Shown here one piece after another: positions 28,206 through 41,270 of a stretch of 64,000 nucleotides of DNA. The stretch lies in assembly GCA_964016885.1 (NCBI GenBank), contig OZ024740.1:367350001-367414000 (forward strand). Reading direction: 5' to 3'. Below the pieces are notes generated by a model. It had not been told where the DNA came from. It ran no database searches and saw only the letters and a program-made list of their open reading frames with translations. Position 1 is the stretch's first letter; every line of letters starts with the position of its first letter. Origin of the DNA: Eledone cirrhosa (lineage: Eukaryota). The translations under genes were made by a program, and so were the position numbers.

Positions 28206-29443
28206 TATATATATATATTATATATATATATATTATGTATATATATATATATATTTTATATTATATATATATTATGTACATATATATTATAAACAGAAAA
28301 AAAGAAATGAAATTTCATTTCTCACTCTTAGTACGGCTGTTACTTAAATATAAGTATGTATACGTACATACATATATGTATACAGACGTACAGTAGTATG
28401 TATATATATATATATATATATATACATACTTGCACACACACATATATATATATATATGTACGTATGGATTCACCGAACATTTATTATAATGCTCGGTGTG
28501 TTTGTAAACCAACATCCCGAATTAAGCCGTACAGTGTCTAGCAACCATCGTTGCTCATTTGTTCAACACTGACTAAGGAACGCAGCGTTCCTTTGTCGAG
28601 ATGTTTGTTTACAAACACACCGAGCATTATAATAAATGTTCGGTGAATCCATACGTACATATATATATATATATATATGTGTGCATGTATGTATATATAT
28701 ATATATATATATATACGGTAACATGTATATATATGGTAACATGTATCCCAGTACAACCTGTCTCATGGCCGGGTCGTTGGCGACTAAACTGTCAACCCCA
28801 CCAAGGTTTCTTGGTGAGGAGGTTGACTTTGGACATCCTGCAGGACTAAAAACAAAACCTGTCAAAGGGCAAAGGAGCTCTTAAGAGTCAATTGCCATCC
28901 AAAATCACCGGGAGAGATGACCCCTTAGCCTTTGTCAAGGCAGAATTCTAGTAGAAGGAAAACTGATATAACACCTGCAACCCTGGTAGTTACCAATGAT
29001 GTTGACTTGTTCTTCTTTTTGGTAAATATCATCTTGGTTAAGAGAGTGGGACTGGCTTTGTGCAGTGCCTTTGCTCACTATAAAAGCTTCACGGCACAGG
29101 CATTGCTTTATATCTGGAGAACTCTCTGCACTTGTCGTCACATGGTACCATGGGCCCAGCACTATGTGTCAATAATTGTCACAAGTGTAGTGTTTGTACC
29201 AGAGTTTTCAAGTCACTGGCTGGACTAAAAAGTCACACTCGTTCAGCGCATCAGTAGGGGTTCTCCTACATGGATATAAAGTAGTAGCCGTACTCGAAAA
29301 CGAGTTGGCAACCACCATATATATATATATACATACTACTGTACGTCAGTATACATATATGTATGTACGTATACATATATATTATATATATATATATATA
29401 TTATGTATATATATATATTATATATTTATATATTATGTATATA

Positions 29444-29526
<83 letters not shown>

Positions 29527-29532
29527 ATATAT

Positions 29533-29589
<57 letters not shown>

Positions 29590-29680
29590 CGAAGGAAATG
29601 TGGTAAGGAACCAGGTGGACCATAACGCACCAAAGTACTCAATACTTGAGGTAGTAGAGTGGGTAATAGGAACCAGTAAG

Positions 29681-29774
29681 ACCCCGACAGCTGAGCTCAA
29701 GCCGTTTCGACGGCTAATTCTGGACTAAATGAACATTTATCCTGGTATTTAAATAGCCGATCTTCTCAAGGGGT
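29681..29774 (-). ncRNA. Type I hammerhead, UUGAGAA core
   Basis: Reverse complement of 31153-31246. Confidence 0.8.
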
Positions 29775-31152
29775 AATTCCATATATGGTCAAAGTGATTG
29801 TCAAAAATCAGTAGTAATTCTGTGGTTGCAAATTAGTAGGGGAGATGGTGGCTAAACCTGCCAGTAGGAGAAAGAGGGGAGGGGGTGGAGTAGACCCAAT
29901 CAAGCGTTGGTAGTGCCAGCTACAGCTGGGCATGAGGTCAAAGAAGATACAGGGGAGGGGGAGGGGGAGGAAGTCGGAACGGTAGGTAGAACAATGGGGG
30001 GTAGAAATAGGAAAGAAAAAATACTGAGAGTGAAGAAAAGCAAATAAGTGTAAAGAAAAAATTAAATTCTACGACCTAGGTGTCAGGCTATTGTTAGGCG
30101 AGAATAAAATAAAGAAAGAAAGAAAGAAGTAAATAAATAAATAAATAAATAAATAAGGAAATAAGTAAAAGAACTAGGTGGGACGAATTAGGCAAGGACC
30201 CTTTTAAGAGGTATAAGTACGTAAATGATACGGTGACTGGTCAACAAAAAGGGCCAAGATACTAAAGAGACTACCACGAAATAAACAATAAAGGTTTCCA
30301 TCCCGGGCCAGCAACGACCCAGTGCAGCAAAGTGAACTTGTACGACATAATAATTCTGAGTCCCGAGAGAAATATATACTAATGCTAACTCTAAAAGATC
30401 TAAAACAAGCTACATGAAAGTTCGTACGAAATAAAGGTAGAATACGGAGAAATAAGTTCAGAATCCACCCCGCCCAGAAGAAAAGCGAAGCAAGAAATAC
30501 TGAAACGAAAAAATAAGGCATAAGTGCCACTAAGAAATATAGAGGGCACAGAGAATAGTGGGAGCGGTCGGAAAAGGGGGGCAAGTATCCGGGGTCTAAG
30601 CCAACTGCTATAAAGGGCGGAGTCCGCCAAATCTATCAAAGACTAGGGGAGGGGGAGTGGGGGTACTAAGGCTACATGGGGCCAAAGGGCAGCCTCGGGT
30701 GGGCGAGAAAAGACGCCGACAAGGGAGAAGAGCTGGGGTAGAAGGACAAAGGAGAGAGGGGGGAAGGAAATAAAGGATGCGATAAAAGAATACAAAGAAG
30801 ATCTTACGTCTTCTTTATTTTATTCTCGCCTAACAATAGCCTGACACCTAGGTCGTAGAATTTAATTTTTTCTTTACACTTATTTGCTTTTCTTCACTCT
30901 CAGTATTTTTTCTTTCCTATTTCTACCCCCCATTGTTCTACCTACCGTTCCGACTTCCTCCCCCTCCCCCTCCCCTGTATCTTCTTTGACCTCATGCCCA
31001 GCTGTAGCTGGCACTACCAACGCTTGATTGGGTCTACTCCACCCCCTCCCCTCTTTCTCCTACTGGCAGGTTTAGCCACCATCTCCCCTACTAATTTGCA
31101 ACCACAGAATTACTACTGATTTTTGACAATCACTTTGACCATATATGGAATT

Positions 31153-31246
31153 ACCCCTTGAGAAGATCGGCTATTTAAATACCAGGATAAATGTTCATTT
31201 AGTCCAGAATTAGCCGTCGAAACGGCTTGAGCTCAGCTGTCGGGGT
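31153..31246 (+). ncRNA. Type I hammerhead, UUGAGAA core
   Basis: ACCCC-TTGAGAA-GATCGGCTA...TAGCCGTC-GAAAC-GGCT(tgagctc)AGCT-GTC-GGGGT. Confidence 0.8.
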
Positions 31247-31256
31247 CTTACTGGTT

Positions 31257-31292
<36 letters not shown>

Positions 31293-32165
31293 TATGAAAC
31301 GAAAGGATCTGTGTGGTTACTAAAAACAAGGTTTAGGATGGTGGTTAGGACGGAACAGGAGGAGAAAGGAAGAAAGGATTTTCCATCGTCAGCTGTAAAT
31401 GTTTCCCGAACCGATGTTTCGGCGTTGAATTACAGGACATCGGTGTAGTTCGGGTGCGCCCGAGGCCTCTTATTAACCAAAAGGCCAGGTGGAAAAGGAG
31501 AGAAAAAGAGAAAAAAAAGGGGAGAGAGGAAGAGGAAAGTGAGGGAAAGGAGGAAGAACAGGGGGGAAAAAGAAGAGAAGAGAGGAAGAAGGGGAAAAAC
31601 AGGGAAGTAATAGTAGAAAAAAATGAGCAGATCCCATCGTAGGAAGACACAGGTGAAAGAAACATGCAAAAGAGTAACCGTGGAAAAATAGGGAAAGTAA
31701 GATGTGGCCAGCCTGGGAGACTTTAGACTGGTGGTCAGATACGACTCAGAGCTGGTATGATCATGCTGCCTCTCGCATAGACAGGAGAAAGCGAGAGAGA
31801 GACACGGGCAACGAAAATTGAGGAGGAGAAGGGAAAGGGAGATAATCGAGAGGGTTTTTTTTACGACGGTTATAAAAACGTGCCGCAAAGATTGCGGACA
31901 GAGAGGCCACCACGGCACGTGTAAACATGTCAACAATCAAAACCGAACGGATGGATAGAGAGAGAAGGAGAGAGGTGAAGGGAAGATTGAAGGGAGTGTC
32001 GATGCGAAAGTGTGGAGGGTACACAGATCGACCAAAGCAGGTAGGGTCACAGCAGTAAATACAAAAGGGTATGAAACGAAAGGATCTGTGTGGTTACTAA
32101 AAACAAGGTTTAGGATGGTGGTTAGGACAGAACAGGAGGAGAAAGGAAGAAAGGATTGTCCATCG

Positions 32166-32168
<3 letters not shown>
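31293..32168 (-). mobile_element. Direct-repeat-flanked remnant, possibly a PLE 3' end
   Basis: About 98-bp direct repeats at 31293-31391 and 32070-32168. Weak C-terminal endonuclease-like 'RFLLSMREAA'. Confidence 0.45.
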
Positions 32169-32252
<84 letters not shown>

Positions 32253-32363
32253 AATATATATATATATATTATATATATATATAATATATATATATTATTA
32301 TATATATATATTATATATATATATATTATATATATATAAATATATTATATATATATAAATATT

Positions 32364-32407
<44 letters not shown>

Positions 32408-32498
32408 TATATATATTATATATATATATATATATTATATATATATATATTATATATATATAAATATTAATATATTATATATATATATAATATATATG

Positions 32499-32575
<77 letters not shown>

Positions 32576-32670
32576 AATATATAATATTATATATAGTACC
32601 AGTAATGCACTGGGTAAGTGCTGGCCTTGTGCCAAAAGTAGAAACAATTATATATATATATAATATATAT

Positions 32671-32759
<89 letters not shown>

Positions 32760-33174
32760 ATTATATATATATAAAATATATATATAATATATATATATAT
32801 AAATATTATATTTATATATTATATATATAAAATATATATATCAAATATATATATATAATATATATATATATATTATATATATTATATATATATATAATAT
32901 ATATATATTATATATATATATAAATGAAAAGTTTAGAAATTGTTGTAGCGAGAATCGAACAGTATTCCATAACATATATGTGACTATAGCGTCAACATAG
33001 GAAAATAGTTAACATAAGATATGGGAAAAATAATTCAGACTCAATTCAAAAGGAATCAGGATATAGATTTATCCAACAGAATTCAGAGAAATCCAGGGAA
33101 AAATCAATAGAGCCTTAACTTATAATAAAACAAATACTAAAGTACTCAACCTTCAATTTGGGACAACTTCAAAT

Positions 33175-33256
33175 GCTCTGTATAGTCTTGAAAAGACTAT
33201 TTCACGAACAGTTTCAGTGGGGATGGTCACGGTTGGATTTCGTTCATCAGCAGAAC
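33175..33256 (-). ncRNA. Type I hammerhead with a full helix III
   Basis: GTTCTG-CTGATGA-ACGAA...TTCGT-GAAA-TAGTCTT(ttc)AAGACTA-TA-CAGAGC. Confidence 0.85.
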
Positions 33257-33702
33257 TCAACATGGTAACCAAGGTCTCACTGGTAATATGCCAAAAAGGG
33301 AATTTAGAAGCAGGCTAGTTTAACATCATGCGTGGTTATTAAAATAAACGCACATGTGGAAAAACAGGGCTGGTGACGTAGAATGAGACAAATGTTTGTT
33401 TATATGAAACAACAGTCAAAAACATTCTGAAAGAAAACTCTACAAAAGGAGTTCAGCAAAAAGCAATATCACTGAGGTCTTTTAAAAAAAAATACCGGGA
33501 TTAGTCACAAATAATTTAAGCACTCTAGGAAATAAATCCGAGTATATATATATAAATGAAAATATTATATATATATATATATATTATATATATATATAAA
33601 ATATATACTATATATATTATATTATATATATATATAATATATATATTACATATTATATATATATATTATATATATATATATATATTATATATATAATATA
33701 TA

Positions 33703-33893
33703 AGGGCGGAGGATTGGCTGTATCGGTAGAGGGTCGGACGCCATGCTTTGACGCATAGAGTTACGGTCCTTGCCATTCTGAGTTCAAATGCGGCCGAGGT
33801 TTACTTTGCCTTTCATCCTTACGGGGTCGATAAAATAAAGTACCAGTCATGCACTGGGTATTTGCTGGCCTTGTGCCAAAAGTAGAAACAATT
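33703..33893 (+). mobile_element. tRNA-derived SINE
   Basis: Full-length copy in (TA)n. Confidence 0.9.
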
Positions 33894-33914
33894 ATATATA
33901 TATAATATAATTCC

Positions 33915-34096
33915 AGTTGGTTGTTTGGTTGGTTCCACAACCGGATGGTTGTGGAACGAACCAACCAACCAATTGAAGTGAAACCACTGGTGCGTGTGTT
34001 TCTTATTGGCAACATGACCCTCCCAAAGAATAACAATATCGGTTTCAACACACGTTTTCAGATAAAGAATCTTGCTAAACAAATTCAGAAACAAAA
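33915..34096 (+). mobile_element. Family-B terminal fragment with a small hairpin head
   Basis: Matches 40905-41098. Confidence 0.75.
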
Positions 34097-34145
34097 TATA
34101 TATATATATTGTTATATATATATATATGTATATCGTTATATATCA

Positions 34146-34327
34146 TAATTCTTTCTACGTTGGGCACAAGGCCAGCAAATTACCCAGTGCATTACTGGTA
34201 CTTTATTTTATCGACCCCGTAAGGATGAAAGGCAAAGTTAACCTCAGCGGGATTTCAACTCAGAATGGCAAGGGCCGTAACTCTATACGTCAAAGCATGG
34301 CGTCCGACACTCTCCCAACACTGCCAT
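34146..34327 (-). mobile_element. tRNA-derived SINE
   Basis: Reverse-strand copy. Confidence 0.85.
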
Positions 34328-34643
34328 AATAATGAGAGACACATAGATACATACGTATATATATAAATATTGTTTCAAACTCCCTTACGGTTTAGTTAAC
34401 CCGAAAGTATAGTAACTGCTTCTTAAGCAAACACTATAATCGCTATCAGTCCACCTTACTACCCACCTGTAACCTCTGTATCATGTATTAATTTCTCCCT
34501 CCCCCTTTTGAGATACTTTTCACTTGCTACAGAGGAATCAGCTCCCTTTCTTGACCGGTGTATCATGTGGTAATTTCTCCCACCGCCTTTTGAGATTTTC
34601 TCAATTGCTACGAACGTGTCTGGAAGGCGTTCTTTCCCTGAGG

Positions 34644-34739
34644 AGTTCCTTGAAAAGCTGGTGTGCCTCACAACAATATTTCACATCTATTAATGCGCAA
34701 TCGTTGCAAACTGACCAGCGAAACTGTACAGTCGGGACT
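34644..34739 (+). ncRNA. Type I hammerhead, UUGAAAA core
   Basis: AGTTCC-TTGAAAA-GCTGGT...ACCAGC-GAAAC-TGTACA-GTC-GGGACT. Confidence 0.75.
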
Positions 34740-34793
34740 TTGAGGAAAAAATACGTATATATCTGTGTCTACTACTTCTTATTTTATAATTTG

Positions 34794-34844
<51 letters not shown>

Positions 34845-34863
34845 TATACACATATATATATAC

Positions 34864-34911
<48 letters not shown>

Positions 34912-35062
34912 ACAGTATTTTCCGTTGTATTGTAATATAAATATTACACACAGTAGATTGACAGCTCACGTAGAGTTTGCTCGACGGTTCCAGTTGTAGT
35001 TTCAAAAGTAATCCGGAGAAAAATAGAAAGATTTGAATGGATACAGTTTAGTTGAAAGGAAT

Positions 35063-35183
35063 TTATTGACACGTGTTTCTGTAACAGTTACATAACCTAA
35101 AACAGCTGCTATCTACAAAAGTTTTAGTTATGCAGACATTCAATATTTCAATGTTATTATTTACTGTCATTTCATCAGAATAA
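35063..35183 (-). ncRNA. Type I hammerhead with ~90-nt helix II domain
   Basis: Reverse complement of 40212-40332. Confidence 0.75.
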
Positions 35184-35750
35184 TATTATTGAGGACCTAT
35201 TTGGTTTTTATAGAGAATATTAGGAGGGAGGGGTGAAGTTGTTAGAAGAATAGTTGAGGGAGTGGTTTGTTGATAGCAGTGAGAATTTTTTGGTGGCAGT
35301 GAGTAATTAGATTCCCATCTGTTGTTTTGACATTTTTATAGAATATATTATTGGTTATTTTTCTAAATTTATAGAAGGATTAGAGATAGTAAAGATATGC
35401 GTGGTTGGTTTTGTGTTTGCACTTAATTAACATTTAGACTTAAATTTTTATTTCAAGTGTACGTATCCTTTCACCCACGCATTCACACACAAATATATTT
35501 GCACACCTCTACAAAATACATATACTCACATTCACACATTCATACTTACATACATATACAAATGCATACATATATATATACACACATGTATTCATGTACA
35601 TACATACGCGTTCATGTGTATACATTTTCATACTCAACTTATCTTTATATACACACGCATAGACACACACATATATACATACATACTCTAGTCTATGTGT
35701 ACACATATACATATACATACACACCCATACATATATATATATATACACAC

Positions 35751-35783
<33 letters not shown>

Positions 35784-36051
35784 AGCAGTTTAATACATGA
35801 ATACACTTACATCCTACTATACACATCAAACATATATATATTTATTTATTTATATACATTTTCACATATATATACATACTTATGGACGTTTTTAGACACA
35901 TTCATTATCGCATATTTGCACCTATTTTCATCAGCATATCTTTCCATTATTAGTGTGGTAATTTAAGGTTATTAATATATGTTGAGAAGAGATTGTTTTT
36001 ATATGTTTCTAACTAGAATGAGGTTTATATAGTTGGGAGGATGTCCCTCTC

Positions 36052-37991
36052 TTATGTAATATTCGGCTTGTAGTGGGAAAAAAGGGTTTTAGTTCTGTGA
36101 CGGCAGAATAATGTTCGTTCAATTCTGTTATTCAGCAATTTCTTCTTGTGCGTGATTATGTCATAAATCTCAAGATTACATAATTTGCAGAAATTTTGGC
36201 TCCTGGAAAAGCTTTGGGTTTTAGCTAATTTCTCCCATTTTAGAGTAAACTTTTGATCACTATCCCTGAGCGTCCAAGCTTTTTCTGCTAAAGTTGTTAC
36301 ATTTCTTTGGCTCTGGTGTTTTATTGAGTAAGAATGCCTATATAATCGAGATTTGAACGATGTTGCCGTTGATCCCACGTAATACCACTCGTTGCCTCCG
36401 GATTTAATGGTACACTTATAAATAATATTTTTTTCCAGGCAGTTATTGCCGAGGGGGCAGTTGTCAGGATAGGTGCAGTTACAGTTGTGTACGCTGGGTT
36501 TTCTCTGGAGTAGTATCGCGGACGAACTTAGGTGTGGTTTATTTATGTTCTGTAGTGTATTGTCTACTGTTTTTTTTTTGTGTTTTTTGTACTTAAGTTC
36601 TTAGTGTTTTCGTTTAACCTTCTAGTATTGATCTTTTTGATGTGTTGTTCAAGGTTTAACGCTGTAGAGTATGACAGTCTTATAGTGGTTGGGTTTAGGA
36701 TTTTGTGGTATTTGTGTGATGTAGGAAAATGTCTCTTAATTATTTTAAAGAAGAGTACTGGTAAATTTGTACTAATGGAACTATTGTATTCGGGGTTATA
36801 CCATAAGTACTCTTTGCATCGCTTTCTATTAGTTTTGTTTGTTGGTTTACTGGTGTGCATACTACGGTAGTAAGTGTGGTTTGGTGTTGTGTTATTATAT
36901 CTACCTATGTGGGATTTATTTTGGGTGTTTTGATTGTTCCCATCTATATACTCTATTTTGTTGAGGTAGCCTGCTTTACTAAGGGCGTTATCGTAGTACT
37001 CGGCGTGTTCCTTAAATACTTGTATGTTAGAAGATAGACCCGAGATTCTAAGGGAAATATTTTTAGGGATAGATTTAATTATAGAGATGGGGTGGTTAGA
37101 TCCAACATTTACATATTTGAGATTTTCATTCAATTTATGAAACGGTTTAATCAATCCAGAGTTTAAATTAAGTGTGACATCCAGGAAGTTAACTACTTTA
37201 AGGTTGTATTCATATGTTATAGTTAGTCCTATTTCGAGTAGTAGTTTTCTTATATCTTTGCGTAGTTTTTCTAGTTTTTGGTTACTTAGGTTTTTAACTA
37301 GGAGGAGAACATCGTCGCGGTATATTCCGCCGTGGAGATTGCTGAATTTTTCCTGGAGTCTAAAGGCGATAAATAACCCCACAATATCAGTTATTTCCGC
37401 CGAATCGTTAGAGCCCATTTTTATGTCAAAGTTAGAGGGTCTATCTTTACGTACCCAATAACTGTTTTCGAATTTGACTATAGTTTTCCTAGCTTCTAGT
37501 ATATTCTTAATTTCATCGTTTGTAAGGTCAGAGTTATCCTTAGCAAACTTAATGGCTCTATTCAAAGTTTCAGGTGATATCGATGAGTCATATTCATCGA
37601 TATCAAACTGGATAAACTTAGATTTATTCTTATTGCTAATGCTATTAAACCATCTTATTGCTTCTTGGGTCTTCCCCCAGAGTTTAATGTTAACCTTAGC
37701 CCTAATTTGGGGGATGATTCTATCTAAGATATATTTGCTTATTTTACCTATATCTGATTTGGAGGGGCAGATTAATCTAATTTTAGGGTCATTATCAAAG
37801 TTTACCTTATGGTCCTTAAGATTGAAGGTGGGTACCGCCGGTAAGAGTGGTCCTGTCCTATCTTCGATTCCGAGATTTTTCACTATTTCGCATGCCTCAT
37901 CATTGATGTGCTTAAGAGTTACTTCATTCGTTTTTCTATATTTTTTATGTAATTCTTTTCGAATGAAGTTGTTGTATGTAGTGCAATCCAT
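36052..37991 (-). CDS. PLE reverse transcriptase plus GIY-YIG, 5'-truncated, with a frameshift in poly-A at about 36570
   Basis: LKDHK..F...P..RLICPSKS, FIQFDI, MGSNDSAEITDIVG, GIYRDD, FLDVTL, WYNP, RLSYS, IIY..YVG, CKLC.LE. Confidence 0.92.
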
Positions 37992-38026
37992 AGTAATCTA
38001 ACGATTCGGCGGAAATAACTGATATT

Positions 38027-39355
38027 GTGGGGTTATTTATCGCCTTTAGACTCCAGGAAAAATTCAGCAATCTCCACGGCGGAATATACCGCGACGATGT
38101 TCTCCTCCTAGTTAAAAACCTAAGTAACCAAAAACTAGAAAAACTACGCAAAGATATAAGAAAACTACTACTCGAAATAGGACTAACTATAACATATGAA
38201 TACAACCTTAAAGTAGTTAACTTCCTGGATGTCACACTTAATTTAAACTCTGGATTGATTAAACCGTTTCATAAATTGAATGAAAATCTCAAATATGTAA
38301 ATGTTGGATCTAACCACCCCATCTCTATAATTAAATCTATCCCTAAAAATATTTCCCTTAGAATCTCGGGTCTATCTTCTAACATACAAGTATTTAAGGA
38401 ACACGCCGAGTACTACGATAACGCCCTTAGTAAAGCAGGCTACCTCAACAAAATAGAGTATATAGATGGGAACAATCAAAACACCCAAAATAAATCCCAC
38501 ATAGGTAGATATAATAACACAACACCAAACCACACTTACTACCGTAGTATGCACACCAGTAAACCAACAAACAAAACTAATAGAAAGCGATGCAAAGAGT
38601 ACTTATGGTATAACCCCGAATACAATAGTTCCATTAGTACAAATTTACCAGTACTCTTCTTTAAAATAATTAAGAGACATTTTCCTACATCACACAAATA
38701 CCACAAAATCCTAAACCCAACCACTATAAGACTGTCATACTCTACAGCATTAAACCTTGAACAACACATAATAAAGATCAATACTAGAAGGTTAAACGAA
38801 AACACTAAGAACTTAAGTACAAAAAACACAAAAAAAACAGTAGACAATACACTACAGAACATAAATAAACCACACCTAAGTTCGTCCGCGATACTACTCC
38901 AGAGAAAACCCAGCGTACACAACTGTAACTGCACCTATCCTGACAACTGCCCCCTCGGCAATAACTGCCTGGAAAAAAATATTATTTATAAGTGTACCAT
39001 TAAATCCGGAGGCAACGAGTGGTATTACGTGGGATCAACGGCAACATCGTTCAAATCTCGATTATATAGGCATTCTTACTCAATAAAACACCAGAGCCAA
39101 AGAAATGTAACAACTTTAGCAGAAAAAGCTTGGACGCTCAGGGATAGTGATCAAAAGTTTACTCTAAAATGGGAGAAATTAGCTAAAACCCAAAGCTTTT
39201 CCAGGAGCCAAAATTTCTGCAAATTATGTAATCTTGAGATTTATTACATAATCACACACAAGAAGAAATTGCTGAATAACAGAATTGAACGAACATTATT
39301 CTGCCGTCACAGAACTAAAACCCTTTTTTCCCACTACAAGCCGAATATTACATAA
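38027..39355 (+). CDS. PLE RT C-half plus GIY-YIG (inverted copy, open frame)
   Basis: 442 aa, running from YRDD through CNCTYPDNCPL, IIYKC..YYVGST to FCRHR. Confidence 0.92.
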   Translation: MGLFIAFRLQEKFSNLHGGIYRDDVLLLVKNLSNQKLEKLRKDIRKLLLEIGLTITYEYNLKVVNFLDVTLNLNSGLIKPFHKLNENLKYVNVGSNHPISIIKSIPKNISLRISGLSSNIQVFKEHAEYYDNALSKAGYLNKIEYIDGNNQNTQNKSHIGRYNNTTPNHTYYRSMHTSKPTNKTNRKRCKEYLWYNPEYNSSISTNLPVLFFKIIKRHFPTSHKYHKILNPTTIRLSYSTALNLEQHIIKINTRRLNENTKNLSTKNTKKTVDNTLQNINKPHLSSSAILLQRKPSVHNCNCTYPDNCPLGNNCLEKNIIYKCTIKSGGNEWYYVGSTATSFKSRLYRHSYSIKHQSQRNVTTLAEKAWTLRDSDQKFTLKWEKLAKTQSFSRSQNFCKLCNLEIYYIITHKKKLLNNRIERTLFCRHRTKTLFSHYKPNIT

Positions 39356-40211
39356 AAGAGGGACATCCCCCCAACTATATAAACCTCATTCTAGTTAGAA
39401 AAATATAAAAACAATCTCTTCTCAACATATATTAATAACCTTAAATTACCACACTAATAATGGAAAGATATGCTGATGAAAATAGGTGCAAATATGCGAT
39501 AATGAATGTGTCTAAAAACGTCCATAAGTATGTATATATATGTGAAAATGTATATAAATAAGTAAATATATATATGTTTGATGTGTATAGTAGAATGTAA
39601 GTGTATTCATGTATTAAAGTGCTTATATATATATATATATGTATATATATATGTGTGTATATATGTATGGGTGTGTATGTATATGTATATGTGTACACAT
39701 AGACTAGAGTATGTATGTATATATGTGTGTGTCTATGCGTGTGTATATAAAGATAAGTTGAGTATGAAAATGTATACACATGAACGCGTATGTATGTACA
39801 TGAATACATGTGTGTATATATATATGTATGCATTTGTATATGTATGTAAGTATGAATATGTGAGTGTGAGTATATGTATTTTGTAGAGGTGTGCAAATAT
39901 ATTTGTGTGTGAATGCGTGGGTGAAAGGATACGTACACTTGAAATAAAAATTTAAGTCTAAATGTTAATTAAGTGCAAACACAAAACCAACCACGCATAT
40001 CTTTACTATCTCTAATCCTTCTATAAATTTAGAAAAATAACCAATAATATATTCTATAAAAATGTCAAAACAACAGATGGGAATCTAATTACTCACTGCC
40101 ACCAAAAAATTCTCACTGCTATCAACAAACCACTCCCTCAACTATTCTTCTAACAACTTCACCCCTCCCTCCTAATATTCTCTATAAAAACCAAATAGGT
40201 CCTCAATAATA

Positions 40212-40332
40212 TTATTCTGATGAAATGACAGTAAATAATAACATTGAAATATTGAATGTCTGCATAACTAAAACTTTTGTAGATAGCAGCTGTTTTAGGT
40301 TATGTAACTGTTACAGAAACACGTGTCAATAA
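40212..40332 (+). ncRNA. Type I hammerhead with ~90-nt helix II domain
   Basis: TTATT-CTGATGA-AATGACAGT...ACTGTTACA-GAAAC-ACGT-GTC-AATAA. Confidence 0.75.
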
Positions 40333-40411
40333 ATTCCTTTCAACTAAACTGTATCCATTCAAATCTTTCTCTATATATATGTATATATATATATATATAC
40401 ATGTATATATA

Positions 40412-40492
<81 letters not shown>

Positions 40493-40638
40493 ATACTTTG
40501 GGAGGGTCATGTTGCCAATAAGAAACACACGCATCAGATGCTTTCACTTCAATTTATTATAATAAATTCATAAATTTATAAATTTATAAATTTCTGGTTA
40601 GTTGGTTGGTTCCACAACCATATAGTTGTTCATATATT

Positions 40639-40681
40639 GTCATAGTTCTTTCGTCACACACTCTGTGACCTCTTCAGTGAC
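40639..40681 (-). ncRNA. Minimal hammerhead
   Basis: Reverse complement of 40845-40887. Confidence 0.85.
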
Positions 40682-40844
40682 TGGGGATTCTTTTCTTTGT
40701 TTTTGCGCCTCTCCTTTGTTCTGTCCTACGCCATTTTGTTTCTGTGTGACACACACAGAAACAAAATGGCGTAGGACAGAACAAAGGAGAGGCCCCCCAA
40801 AAAAACAAAAAAAAACAAAAAAAAAACAAAGAAAAGAATCCCCA

Positions 40845-40887
40845 GTCACTGAAGAGGTCACAGAGTGTGTGACGAAAGAACTATGAC
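40845..40887 (+). ncRNA. Minimal hammerhead
   Basis: GTCA-CTGAAGA-G-GTCAC(agagtgt)GTGAC-GAAA-GAAC-TA-TGAC. Confidence 0.85.
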
Positions 40888-41270
40888 AATATATAAACAA
40901 CTATCTGGTTGTGGAACCAACCAACCAACCAGAAATTTATAAATTTATAAATTTATAAATTTATTATAATAAATTGAAGTGAAAGCAACTGGTGCGTGTG
41001 TTTCTTATTGGCAACATGACCCTCCCAAAGTATAACAATAACGGTTTCAACACACGATTTCAGATAAAGAATCTTGCTAAACAAATTCAGAAACGAAATA
41101 TATATATATATATATATATACAGTATTTTCCGTTGTGTTGTAATATAAATATTACACACAGTAGATTATCAGCTCACGTAGAGTTTGCTCGACGGTTCCA
41201 GTTGTAGTTCCAAAAGTAATCCGGAGAAAAATAGAAAGATTTGAATGGATACAGTTTAGTTGAAAGGAAT

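Larger units (their letters stand above)
29588..31260. mobile_element. Family-C PLE 3'-UTR-only asymmetric palindrome
   Basis: Minus arm 29588-30810 is homologous to 10322-11578. Plus arm 30811-31260 is the reverse complement of about 29667-30117. Confidence 0.85.
34912..40370. mobile_element. Young PLE (family A), head-to-head inverted insertion 1
   Basis: Minus copy 34912-37997 and plus copy 37998-40370. The ~2.4-kb arms are nearly identical. Flanked by (TA)n. Confidence 0.92.
40488..41098. mobile_element. Family-B asymmetric palindrome
   Basis: Centre near 40750, with a right tail at 41041-41098. Flanked by (TA)n. Confidence 0.85.

Noticed and set aside
36052-39355. Selenoprotein or permuted (Naiad-type) PLE
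   Set aside because: The endonuclease is C-terminal, there are no in-frame TGA codons, and no SECIS was seen.
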